From assembly GCA_043826455.1 (NCBI GenBank), contig JBDRQD010000030.1:32001-96000 (forward strand): a DNA stretch of 64,000 bases, given 5' to 3'. Below are positions 1 to 10,035 of the stretch, piece by piece (within the stretch, counting starts at the first letter, position 1; each line of letters starts with the position of its first letter). The translations under genes and the position numbers were made by a program. Under the pieces are notes generated by a model. It was not told where the DNA came from. It did no database searches and was given only the letters and a program-made list of their open reading frames with translations. This DNA comes from Candidatus Bathyarchaeota archaeon (GTDB lineage: Archaea > Thermoproteota > Bathyarchaeia > TCS64).

Positions 1-734
1 ACTCCGGTGATGGGCACGCATGCCCCAAGAACCTTCGGGTCGGTGTAACCGAACACTGTGCTGGATGGAAGCGGCTCAGGTAGAATGGACTCTGGGAGCC
101 CCAGCACCTCAAGTAACTCCCTGTCCCAGCCTAAGTCACCTATATTGAACATCATGGTCCTTGAGGCGTTAGAGTAGTCCGTTGCATGCACCCTACCGCC
201 CGTCAGCCTGAAGATTAGATACGTGTCCATGGTACCGAAAAGTACCTCTCCCTGCTCGGCTTTCTCACGGAGGCCAGGCACGTTGTCTAGGATCCATGAG
301 ACCTTTGGACCCGAGAAGTAGGAATCTGGGATGAGCCCGGTCTTCTCCTTGAAGAGGCGTGTGTTTTCGCGTTTAATCTCCTCTACGGCGTCGGCCGTTC
401 TTCTGCACTGCCAGACTATGGCGTTATAGAGAGGCTTACCTGTGCGCCTGTCCCAGAGGATGGTGGTCTCTCTCTGGTTGGTAATACCGAGACAGACAAT
501 CTCCCTCGGCTCAGCTCCCGCTGCTCGAAGCGAAGCTCTTACGCTTCTCAGCTGGGCTCTCCACACCACATCAGGGTCATGCTCCACCCAGCCTGGATTT
601 GGATATATTTGTGGGAAAGCGCATCGGCCGACGCCTCTAACGATGCCTCCTCTGTCGAAGACCAAAGCCCTGGCGCTCGTTGTGCCCTCGTCCAGGGCCA
701 GTACGTAGCCGTCATCTGAGCTCGTGTGTTTCAC
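1..734 (-). CDS. glpK: Glycerol kinase, 5' part (runs off window start)
   Basis: Manual translation from GTG at 734: [15 protein letters not shown]...[10 protein letters not shown]...[34 protein letters not shown], all FGGY/GlpK motifs. Confidence 0.93.
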   Translation of the reverse strand, partial: MKHTSSDDGYVLALDEGTTSARALVFDRGGIVRGVGRCAFPQIYPNPGWVEHDPDVVWRAQLRSVRASLRAAGAEPREIVCLGITNQRETTILWDRRTGKPLYNAIVWQCRRTADAVEEIKRENTRLFKEKTGLIPDSYFSGPKVSWILDNVPGLREKAEQGEVLFGTMDTYLIFRLTGGRVHATDYSNASRTMMFNIGDLGWDRELLEVLGLPESILPEPLPSSTVFGYTDPKVLGACVPITG

Positions 735-912
735 CTCCCGGGTTGAGTATCAGGTGGCTACCAACGATTAGAATTTTGAGGTGGCAGGCTGAAAGAGTCC
801 TTGTGCGGATCCCAGGCCAACAATAGGCAGTGGAGGAGCGATAGAAACAACATATATGTTGGGGTAATCAACACACCCTGACTATTATACGAGTCTAAAA
901 ATACCTAGAACC

Positions 913-1134
913 ATGATGTGCCCTGACTGTAAGACCACGTTGAAGAGGGACGACAAGAAGTGGATGCACGTTATAGTGGGGCTGGAGGAGAGGTCTTTTG
1001 CCCTCTACTACTGCCCCAACCCCCAGTGCACCCGGTGGGAGCTCCCCGTCTTGAAGAACCTGGAGACCGATTCACCTCACAAGGGCCCAGTCGTTGAGAA
1101 CAACATCGATACGATCGAGTCAGTCTACGCTTAG
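913..1134 (+). CDS. Small Cys-rich (Zn-finger-like) hypothetical protein
   Basis: CPDC...CPNPQC pattern; AT-rich promoter-like DNA upstream. Confidence 0.6.
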   Translation: MMCPDCKTTLKRDDKKWMHVIVGLEERSFALYYCPNPQCTRWELPVLKNLETDSPHKGPVVENNIDTIESVYA

Positions 1135-1135
1135 G

Positions 1136-1837
1136 TCAGTACCGGGGGTTCCCGGACCTCTTCCAGGCCTCGAAGGCATCCAGGGAGTTGGGGCACACAG
1201 CCTGGTGGACACTGATGCCTCTGTCAGAGTAGCTTTTTCCCAGGTCCTCGTAGACCTCCTTGTCCGAGAACCCTACGTCAGGCCTTGAGGCCTCGTAGCG
1301 AGTTGCTGAGAACACTAGCACAGGGATCCTGGCCCACCTTATAGCGGCGTAGCACATGGGGCAGGGCTCGCAGCTGGAGTAGATCTCGCAGTGGGAGGTG
1401 TCCCCCACCTGGGGTAGCCTCGACTCGGTCCTCATGATGGTGCCGAGGTCGTACACGTTCAGCTCGTGGCAGGCTGAGCGGATGACGGAGACCTCGGCGT
1501 GGGCCGTGGGGTCCTTGTACTCTGTGACGTGGTTTCGGTCCCTCCAGTACCTCAGCACCTGGTTGGTCTCGTCGTCTACCTGTATCAGGACGACGCCGAA
1601 GGGGCCTCCGCCGGCCTCTACAGATGCCTCCGCTTCCTCACAGGCCTCCGTGATCCATCTGCAGGGCTCCACCAGGATATCAGTGTACATGTGTCCGGGG
1701 TGACTGGGGGGCACCTTCAGCGTGGTAAGCGGGGTGTGTGATTCCTCCACAGGCTGTGCCTGAACGAATGTTCTACCTTCCTTTGGACGCAACGTCTTCA
1801 ACCAGTAAGTTGACGCCTGAGGCGTAATAAATAGCAA
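1136..1837 (-). CDS. Nucleoside/guanine deaminase (cytidine-deaminase fold); true start may be downstream
   Basis: GGPFG, DPTAHAE and SSCEPCPMC Zn motifs. Confidence 0.85.
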   Translation of the reverse strand: MLFITPQASTYWLKTLRPKEGRTFVQAQPVEESHTPLTTLKVPPSHPGHMYTDILVEPCRWITEACEEAEASVEAGGGPFGVVLIQVDDETNQVLRYWRDRNHVTEYKDPTAHAEVSVIRSACHELNVYDLGTIMRTESRLPQVGDTSHCEIYSSCEPCPMCYAAIRWARIPVLVFSATRYEASRPDVGFSDKEVYEDLGKSYSDRGISVHQAVCPNSLDAFEAWKRSGNPRY

Positions 1838-1867
1838 CCTGAAGACTGGGTCATGCAGCCACGTTGA

Positions 1868-2230
1868 TCAGGCTACCGCTGCCTTAAGCTCATCCAGCCG
1901 GGTCTTCACAAGCGTAGCCATTGAGCTTCTAAGCTTCTCGCCGTGGAGCTCTCTGTCCAGTCTCCCGAAGCGGCGGGCTAGCTCCTCGTCGCCAATGGTG
2001 CCCCTTATCCATTTCTCGAAGTCTCTTCTCTTGAAATGGTAGTTGATCGCCCTTATGTCCACAGACCGTAAGGCCTCGGATAGGGCGCTGAAGTTTAACA
2101 CTGTTTTCCCTGTGAACTCTCCCGGGGCCTTGTACAGTCCCAGGCCTTCGTTCTTGGGGACAGTTCTGAGGAATTTATTTGCGTCGGCTTTATTGAGTGT
2201 AGGTTTCTTTTCTTTAACCTTTTTACTCAA
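1868..2230 (-). CDS. DUF5752-like protein
   Basis: INYHFKRRDFEKWIRGTIGDEELA pattern. Confidence 0.65.
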   Translation of the reverse strand: MSKKVKEKKPTLNKADANKFLRTVPKNEGLGLYKAPGEFTGKTVLNFSALSEALRSVDIRAINYHFKRRDFEKWIRGTIGDEELARRFGRLDRELHGEKLRSSMATLVKTRLDELKAAVA

Positions 2231-2311
2231 GAAACACTCCTCATATGTTTCATTAAGAATAGCGAATAAAAATCATGTGCTGTTTAAAGAGACTCGACTA
2301 ATTACGGGGTC

Positions 2312-2614
2312 TTATTCTAAAGTGAAGATTTTTTCAAATATCTTTCCTAGAAGTATCTTTTCGAGGGTCGTGTGGCTTGAGTACCCCTCCATCGTGGCCT
2401 TCAATAGATCGCCCGCCTTTAACTCTGCTATCGTTTCACCTTTATCGGTAACATTGCACGTGTACGCTTTTTCGTCGATCATGGTCCTGATGGCCTGCTT
2501 GATGGTTGTTTTCATGTCTAGAGTGCAGGTTTTCTGTGTTTGCAGGGCGTTGTCTAGGTCGGCTACTTCCATGGGCATAATTCCAACGTTTTTTAATAAA
2601 AGATTATGAATCAA
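2312..2614 (-). CDS. Hypothetical protein (possibly degenerate CBS-like)
   Basis: ORF co-oriented with neighbours; only weak resemblance. Confidence 0.4.
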   Translation of the reverse strand: MIHNLLLKNVGIMPMEVADLDNALQTQKTCTLDMKTTIKQAIRTMIDEKAYTCNVTDKGETIAELKAGDLLKATMEGYSSHTTLEKILLGKIFEKIFTLE

Positions 2615-2641
2615 GACTACAGTTGTTTATCCCTGGGTCTG

Positions 2642-3451
2642 TCAGTGGTGGTCTACTCTATCAGTGATCACCATGCCGTAGAACTCGCGGATGATCCCCC
2701 TCAGCCCTTCTATAGCTGCGTCAAGCCACGCCCTGCCTTTTTCGGCTGAGGCCTTCGTCGGGTCACCCATCACGCCTGTCTTGCTTAGTGTGCTCCAGTG
2801 TCTCATCATGTGCACGGGGCCTGAGGGATAGTAGAAATCCCTTGCCGGGAAATACCTGCTGGTAGGGTAGCTTATGTCTTTCACTGCTTTCTCCATGTGG
2901 ACCAGGTCGGGCCTGATGGCCAGCATCAGCGATGTCTCCAGCTCGCAGGCGTGGGATGTGCCACCCCTCTCGGAGTCCCTCATCGTCTTTACCTTCTCGG
3001 CCACCTCCGGGATGGCCCACCAGTTCACCGCAGCGCACAAGGTGTGAGGCATCTCGACGATGGAGAGCCTGGCGGCGTTCTCCAGCCACGCGGAGTTGCT
3101 TCCGTGGCCGTTAACTATTAGCATGCGTTTGAAGCCGTGGTGTGCCAGGCTGCGCATGATGTCTTGCATGTAGTCGAGGAAGACCTTTCCCTGGATGGTG
3201 ATGGTGCCCGGGAAGTCCATGTGGTGGGGGCTGTACCCGTGTACCTGTGTGGGCATGATGAGGGCGATGTCCCTCTCAAGCTCAACGGCTCTTCTGCTGA
3301 CGGCCTCCACGATGGTTACGTCTGTGTTAAGGGGCAGGTGGGGGCCGTGGTCCTCGAGGGTGCCGACTGGGATGACGATTACTGTGTTTTTGGGGGCGTC
3401 TCTGATCTCGGACCATGACAGTTCCTCGTACAAGTGGGTTCGATGAGGCAT
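2642..3451 (-). CDS. Creatininase/MftE-family amidohydrolase
   Basis: PVGTLEDHGPHLPLNTD, GYSPHH, NGHGSN, HACELETS, GVMGDP motifs. Confidence 0.9.
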   Translation of the reverse strand: MPHRTHLYEELSWSEIRDAPKNTVIVIPVGTLEDHGPHLPLNTDVTIVEAVSRRAVELERDIALIMPTQVHGYSPHHMDFPGTITIQGKVFLDYMQDIMRSLAHHGFKRMLIVNGHGSNSAWLENAARLSIVEMPHTLCAAVNWWAIPEVAEKVKTMRDSERGGTSHACELETSLMLAIRPDLVHMEKAVKDISYPTSRYFPARDFYYPSGPVHMMRHWSTLSKTGVMGDPTKASAEKGRAWLDAAIEGLRGIIREFYGMVITDRVDHH

Positions 3452-3501
3452 AGTTCAGTATGAGATGTGACGATTCTTAACGTTATTGAAGAAGCCTTAG
3501 A

Positions 3502-4500
3502 TTAGCTACGTTCATCCATGTACCGGAGCTTCTCTCTGATCTGTTTCAGCTCCTCAACTTGGAGGAGGCATTGGCCGCTCTGCCTGAAGCACCTGTTCTC
3601 CCTGTACACCTGATCCAGTTCATCCAGCAGCTGCTTAATGTACCTTTGTAAGCTTCTCCGCTCCGCCTCTATGGGCTCTCCCTCCGCGTCTTCCTGTATT
3701 CTATGTATTCCCTCATTGATGCGTTCCAGGCGCTTCCCCAGCTTCAGGATAGTTTCGTCGTACTGGAGCTTGAGGAGCCTCATCCCCTCGTAGCTCACAT
3801 GGAACTCCACCTGCGCGGTCTCGCTGGTGGCAGTCATCTTGGATGCCATACCTATTTCCACTAGGGACTCCAGGGCGTCTCGCACCTCGTAGTCGGTGAA
3901 CTCTGTGCCGCGGACAGCCTTCATGAACTCTGTGTCATCGATGACGAAACCCTCTTCCTCTTCACCCTTTTCCTCCAGAAGGTACAGGTAGATCAGGCTG
4001 TTGATCTTCCTGTAGCTGGTTATTGGTATGCTCAGGTCTAGTAGAGCGGCAGTGACGCTGATGGTGTCAAATACTAGGGGCACCTCCACCCCCAGGGTCA
4101 GGTCTAGGAAGGGGGGCAGCAGGATGGATAGCACGGTTGACACTATTCCTATCATGCCTGTGATTATTGAGATGTACATGAACCACTCGCGGACCACCTC
4201 TCGCCTTATCCAGGTCTCTTGTAGGAAGTCGAGTTGGCTGCTTCTGCTCATGACGAGGACGCTGAAGATGGATATGAAGAGCAGAACTAGGCCCGTGAAT
4301 AGCGCCGCCATGAGGCCCACGATGGCGTCCCAGGGCAGAATCATGCCTAGTACTATGCCGGCCATAGCACTGTTTCTTAGCATGTGGGTGTAGTGCTCTC
4401 TATAGATCTTTGAGGAGAGCCGGTAGAAAATACGCAGGGCTATCATTATCATGAAGAGTAGTAGCAGGAATAGCACTTGCTTAAGTTGAATCTGAGCCAT
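3502..4500 (-). CDS. Membrane protein with soluble C-terminal domain, unknown function
   Basis: About 5 hydrophobic segments followed by a charged helical tail. Confidence 0.7.
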   Translation of the reverse strand: MAQIQLKQVLFLLLLFMIMIALRIFYRLSSKIYREHYTHMLRNSAMAGIVLGMILPWDAIVGLMAALFTGLVLLFISIFSVLVMSRSSQLDFLQETWIRREVVREWFMYISIITGMIGIVSTVLSILLPPFLDLTLGVEVPLVFDTISVTAALLDLSIPITSYRKINSLIYLYLLEEKGEEEEGFVIDDTEFMKAVRGTEFTDYEVRDALESLVEIGMASKMTATSETAQVEFHVSYEGMRLLKLQYDETILKLGKRLERINEGIHRIQEDAEGEPIEAERRSLQRYIKQLLDELDQVYRENRCFRQSGQCLLQVEELKQIREKLRYMDERS

Positions 4501-4612
4501 AGGCCACGTAGGAGACTAAGTACTATAATTTAAAGTATTTTTTCACTCTACCCGCATCATTCATTCGTTGCGGTAAATGATGAAAGTGTAGAAGCCTAGA
4601 CCTCTTAAGGCA

Positions 4613-4744
4613 TCATTTTTCGAGCCTGTTGCCGCATCTCCAGCAGTACTGGACGCTGTCGGGGTTGCTGAAGCCGCAGTTATTGCAGGGCTGTAATATG
4701 CCATGTGCCACTTCTATTTGCTGGGTTTGGGTTGTGGGCTCCAT
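4613..4744 (-). CDS. 43-aa zinc-ribbon microprotein (not in ORF track)
   Basis: Manual translation MEPTTQTQQIEVAHGILQPCNNCGFSNPDSVQYCWRCGNRLEK; CxxC-x10-CxxC. Confidence 0.7.
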   Translation of the reverse strand: MEPTTQTQQIEVAHGILQPCNNCGFSNPDSVQYCWRCGNRLEK

Positions 4745-4993
4745 GGCTCTACACGTGAGAGCCTCTACCAATATTTTATGGATCAGATACACGTGAACAG
4801 CGGATGCCTCCTTGTACCTAGTGGCTGGGAATTCCTGTTTTCTGGGTTTGTTACATGTAGCTTGTGATAAGGAGAATATTAGCGAGCTGACAGCTGCATG
4901 GTAGAATGTGAAATTTTTTAGGGTTAATATGCGGCTATTTTTAGCTTATGATGCTTCAGAGAATCGGCTTCTATCAGGCAGCTGATGTCTCGG

Positions 4994-5584
4994 CTATACT
5001 TCTGTTTGGAGGGACTGGATGAACTCCCTGAACTCCCTCTTCTTGGCCTGCAGGTACTGGAACTCGTCGTTGGTCATGACCAGCTGCTTGGCGAACTCCT
5101 CTATGATGGTCTTGGTCTTCTCGTCTATGTCATCCAGGTGAGATATGGCGTCCCACAGGTCAGCCATCTCGCAGCAGTAGTCCTGCTCACTCTGTATCTC
5201 TACGAGGCGGTCCACATCGGCGTCAGTGTAGTCGATTTTAAAGCCCAGCTTCCTCAGGGACTCTAGAACAGTCTTCACCTGGTTCTGGAAGAACTCGTGG
5301 CCGCCGGGGGTGCTCCCCACGCTGCAGTAGAAAGCCTCAGCCGTTGCCCTGTAGTAGCTCTCGGTCAGGTGGCCCACCTGCTCGGTCCTGGCTGTATACA
5401 CCAGCCCGGCCTCCTGCAGCTTCTCTATGTGGTGGTAGATGGTCTGCCTTGACGTTTTCAGGTTAGATGCGATCTGGGTGACGGTCATCTCTGTTGCTCG
5501 TAGCAGGAAAATGATCTTCCGGCGGGTCTCGTCTGCGAGCAGCTTGAAATTATCGGGGTCAGCGACGACTTTTACGGCCTGCAT
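4994..5584 (-). CDS. ArsR-like winged-helix regulator
   Basis: LADETRRKIIFLL...VTQIA...TIYHHIEKLQEAGLV. Confidence 0.85.
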   Translation of the reverse strand: MQAVKVVADPDNFKLLADETRRKIIFLLRATEMTVTQIASNLKTSRQTIYHHIEKLQEAGLVYTARTEQVGHLTESYYRATAEAFYCSVGSTPGGHEFFQNQVKTVLESLRKLGFKIDYTDADVDRLVEIQSEQDYCCEMADLWDAISHLDDIDEKTKTIIEEFAKQLVMTNDEFQYLQAKKREFREFIQSLQTEV

Positions 5585-5701
5585 CTCAATATCCAGATGA
5601 AGTCCTAATAGTATTAAAACGTTTGTCTATTAATAGGGATACATTTATATTTGGGAACCATATGGCTATACATACGACCATATGAATATAGTTAGAGGTG
5701 T

Positions 5702-5968
5702 ATGATCAAGATGGAAATTGCGACAATAGAGTGCCTGCAGGCACAGAGCGCGACAGAGATGAGCTGCGAGACGGTCTCAGACCAGATCGCTGCCCTGACG
5801 CAAGCGCAACTGAGGGGGCTAGAGCTCGGGGAGCGGAACCAGAAGGACCTCGAGGCCCTACAGGAAGTCATCGCCCTGGAGGAGGATGAGTTCCTGAGCA
5901 CCGAGGAGGTCCTGTCCCGGGTCCTCAGTTTCTACAACAGGTTCGTCCCCTTCAGGGGCGCTCTCTGA
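5702..5968 (+). CDS. Hypothetical protein
   Basis: GAGGTG SD-like motif before start; gene-like codon usage. Confidence 0.55.
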   Translation: MIKMEIATIECLQAQSATEMSCETVSDQIAALTQAQLRGLELGERNQKDLEALQEVIALEEDEFLSTEEVLSRVLSFYNRFVPFRGAL

Positions 5969-6059
5969 TCTGAAAAAGTTTCAGGCGACGCGTGAATCAT
6001 AGAAAAATCCGTGCCTTATTTTGATGTTTATGCGTCTTCTCATATAGAGAAGGGGGGCA

Positions 6060-7154
6060 TCACGTCAGTACTTTTTTGAAGACTCTTAGGTTGTTTGCGC
6101 CCAGTACCTTCTCTATGTCGCTGTCCGAGTAGCCGCGGGCCACCATGCCCTCTGTGAGGCGGGGGAACGCCGTGACATCGTGGAGGTCCGGGAACCCGCA
6201 GCCTCCGTCTAGGTCGCTGCCGATGCCCACATGGTTTGTGCCTACTAGCTCCACGGCGTGGTCCAGGTGGTCCAGCCAGTCGTGGACAGTGACCTTCTTG
6301 AGGGCCTCAGGGTCGCCGAAGCCGACGCCGTCCTTGATGAAGCCGGCGCAGAAGCTGAGGTTCATGACGCCGCCGTTCTCAGCTATCGCCTTGATCTGGT
6401 CGTCGGTGAGGTTCCTGTGGTGGCCGCAGAGGGCTTTGCAGTTGCTGTGGGTGGCGAGGACAGGGTCCTTGGTGAGCTCCATGACGTCCCAGAAGCCGGT
6501 CTGGTTGAGGTGGCTGACGTCAACGATCATGCCGAGCCGGTTCATCTCCTGGACCACCTCCCTTCCGAAGTCTGTGAGGTGGCTTCCCGAGTCTGCCCCT
6601 GAGCCGTCCCCCAGCTCGTTCCTAGGGAAGTGGGTGAGGGTCAGGCTCCTGGCGCCTAGCCGGTACATGGTTCTCAAGGCCTCTATTGATCCCTCCAGCG
6701 GCTCACCTCCCTCAATGGTGATCACGGCGGCGATCTTGCCCTCCTTAACCGTCTTTACTATTTCTCTGTGGCTGGTGGCCGGCGATATCTGATCTGGGTA
6801 CTTCTCTAGTTCGGCGTGAAACACGTCCATCATCTGGACTAGGCGGCGGAGCCTGGCCGTGTACTGGGGGCTGACGTACATGGCGAAGAGTAGGCAGTCC
6901 ACTCCACCCTCTCTGATGCGGGGTATATCGATCTGGCCGTGCTCAGACCTTTCTCCCAGCGTCCGCCTTGGCGGAAGCGGGTTGGATTCGGAGGAAATGA
7001 ATGGGGGTGCTTTGATGAGGTGGAGGACGGTGTCGTTGTGGGTGTCCACCACCAGAGAGGACTTATGGATGGCATGGGCCCTCTCAGTCTGATCCTTGGA
7101 CAGGTTAAACATGGTTCTACTTGTTGTGTTCAGAGATTTATCAGGATCGCACAT
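6060..7154 (-). CDS. Membrane dipeptidase (peptidase M19) family; start possibly 7112
   Basis: VDTHND, IEGG, DVSH, THSN, RNLTD, GIGSDLDG, GANNLRV motifs. Confidence 0.9.
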   Translation of the reverse strand: MCDPDKSLNTTSRTMFNLSKDQTERAHAIHKSSLVVDTHNDTVLHLIKAPPFISSESNPLPPRRTLGERSEHGQIDIPRIREGGVDCLLFAMYVSPQYTARLRRLVQMMDVFHAELEKYPDQISPATSHREIVKTVKEGKIAAVITIEGGEPLEGSIEALRTMYRLGARSLTLTHFPRNELGDGSGADSGSHLTDFGREVVQEMNRLGMIVDVSHLNQTGFWDVMELTKDPVLATHSNCKALCGHHRNLTDDQIKAIAENGGVMNLSFCAGFIKDGVGFGDPEALKKVTVHDWLDHLDHAVELVGTNHVGIGSDLDGGCGFPDLHDVTAFPRLTEGMVARGYSDSDIEKVLGANNLRVFKKVLT

Positions 7155-7178
7155 GCTGGTTGAGAGTCGTTCAGCTCC

Positions 7179-8585
7179 TCAGGCCCCGAACTCGAAACCA
7201 AGCTCCTCCATCTCTTTCCTCATCTTATCGTATAGTTCCTGGAACTCCTGTCTCGGTGTTAGTGTCCTCGTGTTGTACATTTCGCCAAAGGTGTACCCCC
7301 ATGGTCCGCCGTCATCGGTGACTTTTTTCTCGTATTTCTGTACGATCTGTCGCACCAGCTCGTTGGCGTCGTCTCTCTTGATGCCCACGGCGGCGCGTCC
7401 AAGCTCTGCGTGGAACTTGTTCTCCAGAGCGCTTCCCAGCATGGGCTTCACCTTGTACCTGCGTATCCCGCCGCCGCAGAAGAGGTCGCGCCCTGAGGCC
7501 AGTCCGGCGATGCATAGCGCCGCTATCTCCCAGAGCTGCATCTCCGTGCCCGGCCCGGCGGCTGTCAAGAAGAACCTCCCATTGACTCCACGATAGTTTC
7601 TGGCTATAGCCTGCCCCGTGAGCTCTGTGCCCCACATCCCAGGGTTGATGCTTGAGATGGGCACAGGGCCCGGGCACCTCGTCAGCCCGTGGTCGCCGTA
7701 GACGGGGCTTACCCTATGGTGGTAGACCATCGCTGCACCCAGGAAGTCCGCTATGGAGACCACAGCTGCGCCCTCGGGTCCACCGCCCCAGCCGCCAATG
7801 ACTGACCCTCCATGTGTGGCCCTTATGCAGCCGTAATCGAGGGCGTAGGCTACTTTCCCCAGGGCTTCGTAGTCAGTCTTGAGCTCAGCTATGAGAGATA
7901 CCATCAGGCCATCGGAACTTCTGACACCATTCTCAGGGTTGCACGCAGCGATGTCCGCGATGGCTGACGGACACGCTGAGACAAAGTGTAGCCCAGGTCT
8001 CCCCGCCCTCCTTATGGCTTCGCGCGCCCACGACGCCATACACCTGCCCAGGTGCAGCTCAAGGGGCGACCCCTTTCGTAGCGTGTGGCCCTCAGATGTG
8101 TGAACGGGGGGCCCCACGTAGAGCCCATCGATGAGAGGTTCCTGGGCTATGCTCTGATACAGCTTGACGAAGTTCTCTCCTTCCTGTATGTCGCTCTCGA
8201 TGACGCCCCCGATGATTACAGGTGGCCTGGTTCCCTCTATACCTCTACGAGTTACTACCCGTTTTTCGCCCCCTTCGCCGATCTCGACTTCACCGCGGAC
8301 GTCTCTTAGCGCCTCTTTTACCTCGGATTCCTTGAACTTGATTACGCGCCTGGTGTTCACACAGTATACGCCGAGTTCCAGGAAAAGCTCGAAACCCGCC
8401 TTCCAGACGTCGTCGGCCAGGCTGTCGTCGTTGGGCACGTAGACCTCTGGATCATATTTTATTTCATATTCGTTAACTAGCCTCGACGCCGATCTGAATA
8501 TCTTCATGTCGAAGTCTCTTACACTCGTCTCCGCTCCAGTGTTGCATGCCCTGTTGAGTATCTCCCAGAAGTTTGTGGTGCTCAC
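7179..8585 (-). CDS. mtmB: MtmB-family methyltransferase, pyrrolysine-free
   Basis: DDSLADDVWKAG, AGRPGLHFV and GGWGGGPEG motifs; uninterrupted ORF with no in-frame TAG. Confidence 0.85.
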   Translation of the reverse strand: MSTTNFWEILNRACNTGAETSVRDFDMKIFRSASRLVNEYEIKYDPEVYVPNDDSLADDVWKAGFELFLELGVYCVNTRRVIKFKESEVKEALRDVRGEVEIGEGGEKRVVTRRGIEGTRPPVIIGGVIESDIQEGENFVKLYQSIAQEPLIDGLYVGPPVHTSEGHTLRKGSPLELHLGRCMASWAREAIRRAGRPGLHFVSACPSAIADIAACNPENGVRSSDGLMVSLIAELKTDYEALGKVAYALDYGCIRATHGGSVIGGWGGGPEGAAVVSIADFLGAAMVYHHRVSPVYGDHGLTRCPGPVPISSINPGMWGTELTGQAIARNYRGVNGRFFLTAAGPGTEMQLWEIAALCIAGLASGRDLFCGGGIRRYKVKPMLGSALENKFHAELGRAAVGIKRDDANELVRQIVQKYEKKVTDDGGPWGYTFGEMYNTRTLTPRQEFQELYDKMRKEMEELGFEFGA

Positions 8586-8616
8586 CTTTTCTATCCTCCG
8601 TGATCATATTCGGTTG

Positions 8617-10035
8617 CTAGAACTCGAGTCCCAGGTCCTCCAGCTCCTTCTTCACCCCATCATATACTTCGAGGAACTTCTTCCTAGGCTTCAAGGTCTT
8701 CAGGTCGTATATCTCGTCGAAGGTGTACCCCACGGGGCCGCCGTCCGAGTCCCTAGTGATCCTGTGCTCATACTTTGAGAGCATCTCGTCAGCTAACGTG
8801 TTGGCGAAGTCGCGCTTCACCTTTGACATTGCGTGGCCGACCTCACCCCAGAACCTGTTCTCCAGGCCGCTGCCCAGGAGAGGCTTCACCTTGAACCTTC
8901 TAACCCCCTGGGAGAGCCCTTCTCTGCCGCATGGGATCGACGCGCACAGGGCCGCCACAATCTCCTGGAACTGCATCTCTGTGCCCGGCCCCGCGTTGGT
9001 CATGGCTACAGCCGTGTTGATGATCTTGGTGTTCCTCGAGATGGCTTGGCTGCCGATGGCTGAGCCCCAGACGCAGGGGCGGGTGACGAAGGCGCTGTAG
9101 TTGGGTGTCGAGGCCCTCAGGTAGCCCAGGGCGTGGTAGGATGCCCCTACCCCAACCTTGTAGACCATCACCGCCATTATGGCGTTGGCGATGGACACGA
9201 TCAGCGCGCCCTCTGGTCCGCCGGCCCAGCCTCCGATCATCCCTCCGTTATACACGTGTTTCACGCAGCCGTAGTCGTGGCTGTAGACCACCTTGTTCAG
9301 GTTCTCGTAATCAGTCTTCAGCTCAGGCATGATCGTGGAGACGATCCCATCCGATCTCCGCAGCCCCTCGATGGGGTCGCAGGCGGCTACGTTGGCGATG
9401 GCCGATGTGCACGCCGATATGAAGTGCATCCCCGGCCTACCTGCCCGCCTCGTCGCCTCGCGCACCCAGGACGCCATGGAGCACCCGAGGTGCGTCTCCA
9501 GGGGCGTCCCAGACCTGACCATTTTGCCTTCAGATGATTGAAGAGGAGGGCCGACATAGAAGCCGTCGATGAGGGGCTCCTGGGCTATCGACTGGTAGAG
9601 CTTGACGAAAAGCTCCCCCTCGGGGACGTTGCTCTCGATTACGCCCCCGCAGACGATGGAGGGGGGGCTCCTATCCTCCACGCCTCTGAGAGTCAGGTGT
9701 CTTCTTTCTGAGCCCTCGCCGATGACGGCCTCGCCCCTGAGCTCCCTGAGCCCCTCTTTAATCTCCGAGTCGTCGAAGCTGATCACTCTGCTGGAGTTCA
9801 TGCAGTACGCCCCCACCTCTGTGAAGAGCTGGAGGCCTGCCCTCCAGGCGTCGTCGGCCAGGCTGTCGTCGGAAGAAACCGGTGTCGTGGGATCATATTT
9901 GATGCCGTACTCGCCCACGAGCCTTGAAGCCACCTTGAACAGCTTCATGTCGAAGTCTTTTGTAGCCATAGGCTTCCCGGTGTTACAGGCCCTGTCTAGG
10001 ACCTCCCAGAGGCTCGGAGCTGCCAGCGTTATCAC
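8617..10035 (-). CDS. mtmB: MtmB-family methyltransferase, pyrrolysine-free
   Basis: DDSLADDAWRAG, AGRPGMHFI, GGWAGGPEG, AGPGTEM; close paralogue of 7179..8585. Confidence 0.85.
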   Translation of the reverse strand: MITLAAPSLWEVLDRACNTGKPMATKDFDMKLFKVASRLVGEYGIKYDPTTPVSSDDSLADDAWRAGLQLFTEVGAYCMNSSRVISFDDSEIKEGLRELRGEAVIGEGSERRHLTLRGVEDRSPPSIVCGGVIESNVPEGELFVKLYQSIAQEPLIDGFYVGPPLQSSEGKMVRSGTPLETHLGCSMASWVREATRRAGRPGMHFISACTSAIANVAACDPIEGLRRSDGIVSTIMPELKTDYENLNKVVYSHDYGCVKHVYNGGMIGGWAGGPEGALIVSIANAIMAVMVYKVGVGASYHALGYLRASTPNYSAFVTRPCVWGSAIGSQAISRNTKIINTAVAMTNAGPGTEMQFQEIVAALCASIPCGREGLSQGVRRFKVKPLLGSGLENRFWGEVGHAMSKVKRDFANTLADEMLSKYEHRITRDSDGGPVGYTFDEIYDLKTLKPRKKFLEVYDGVKKELEDLGLEF

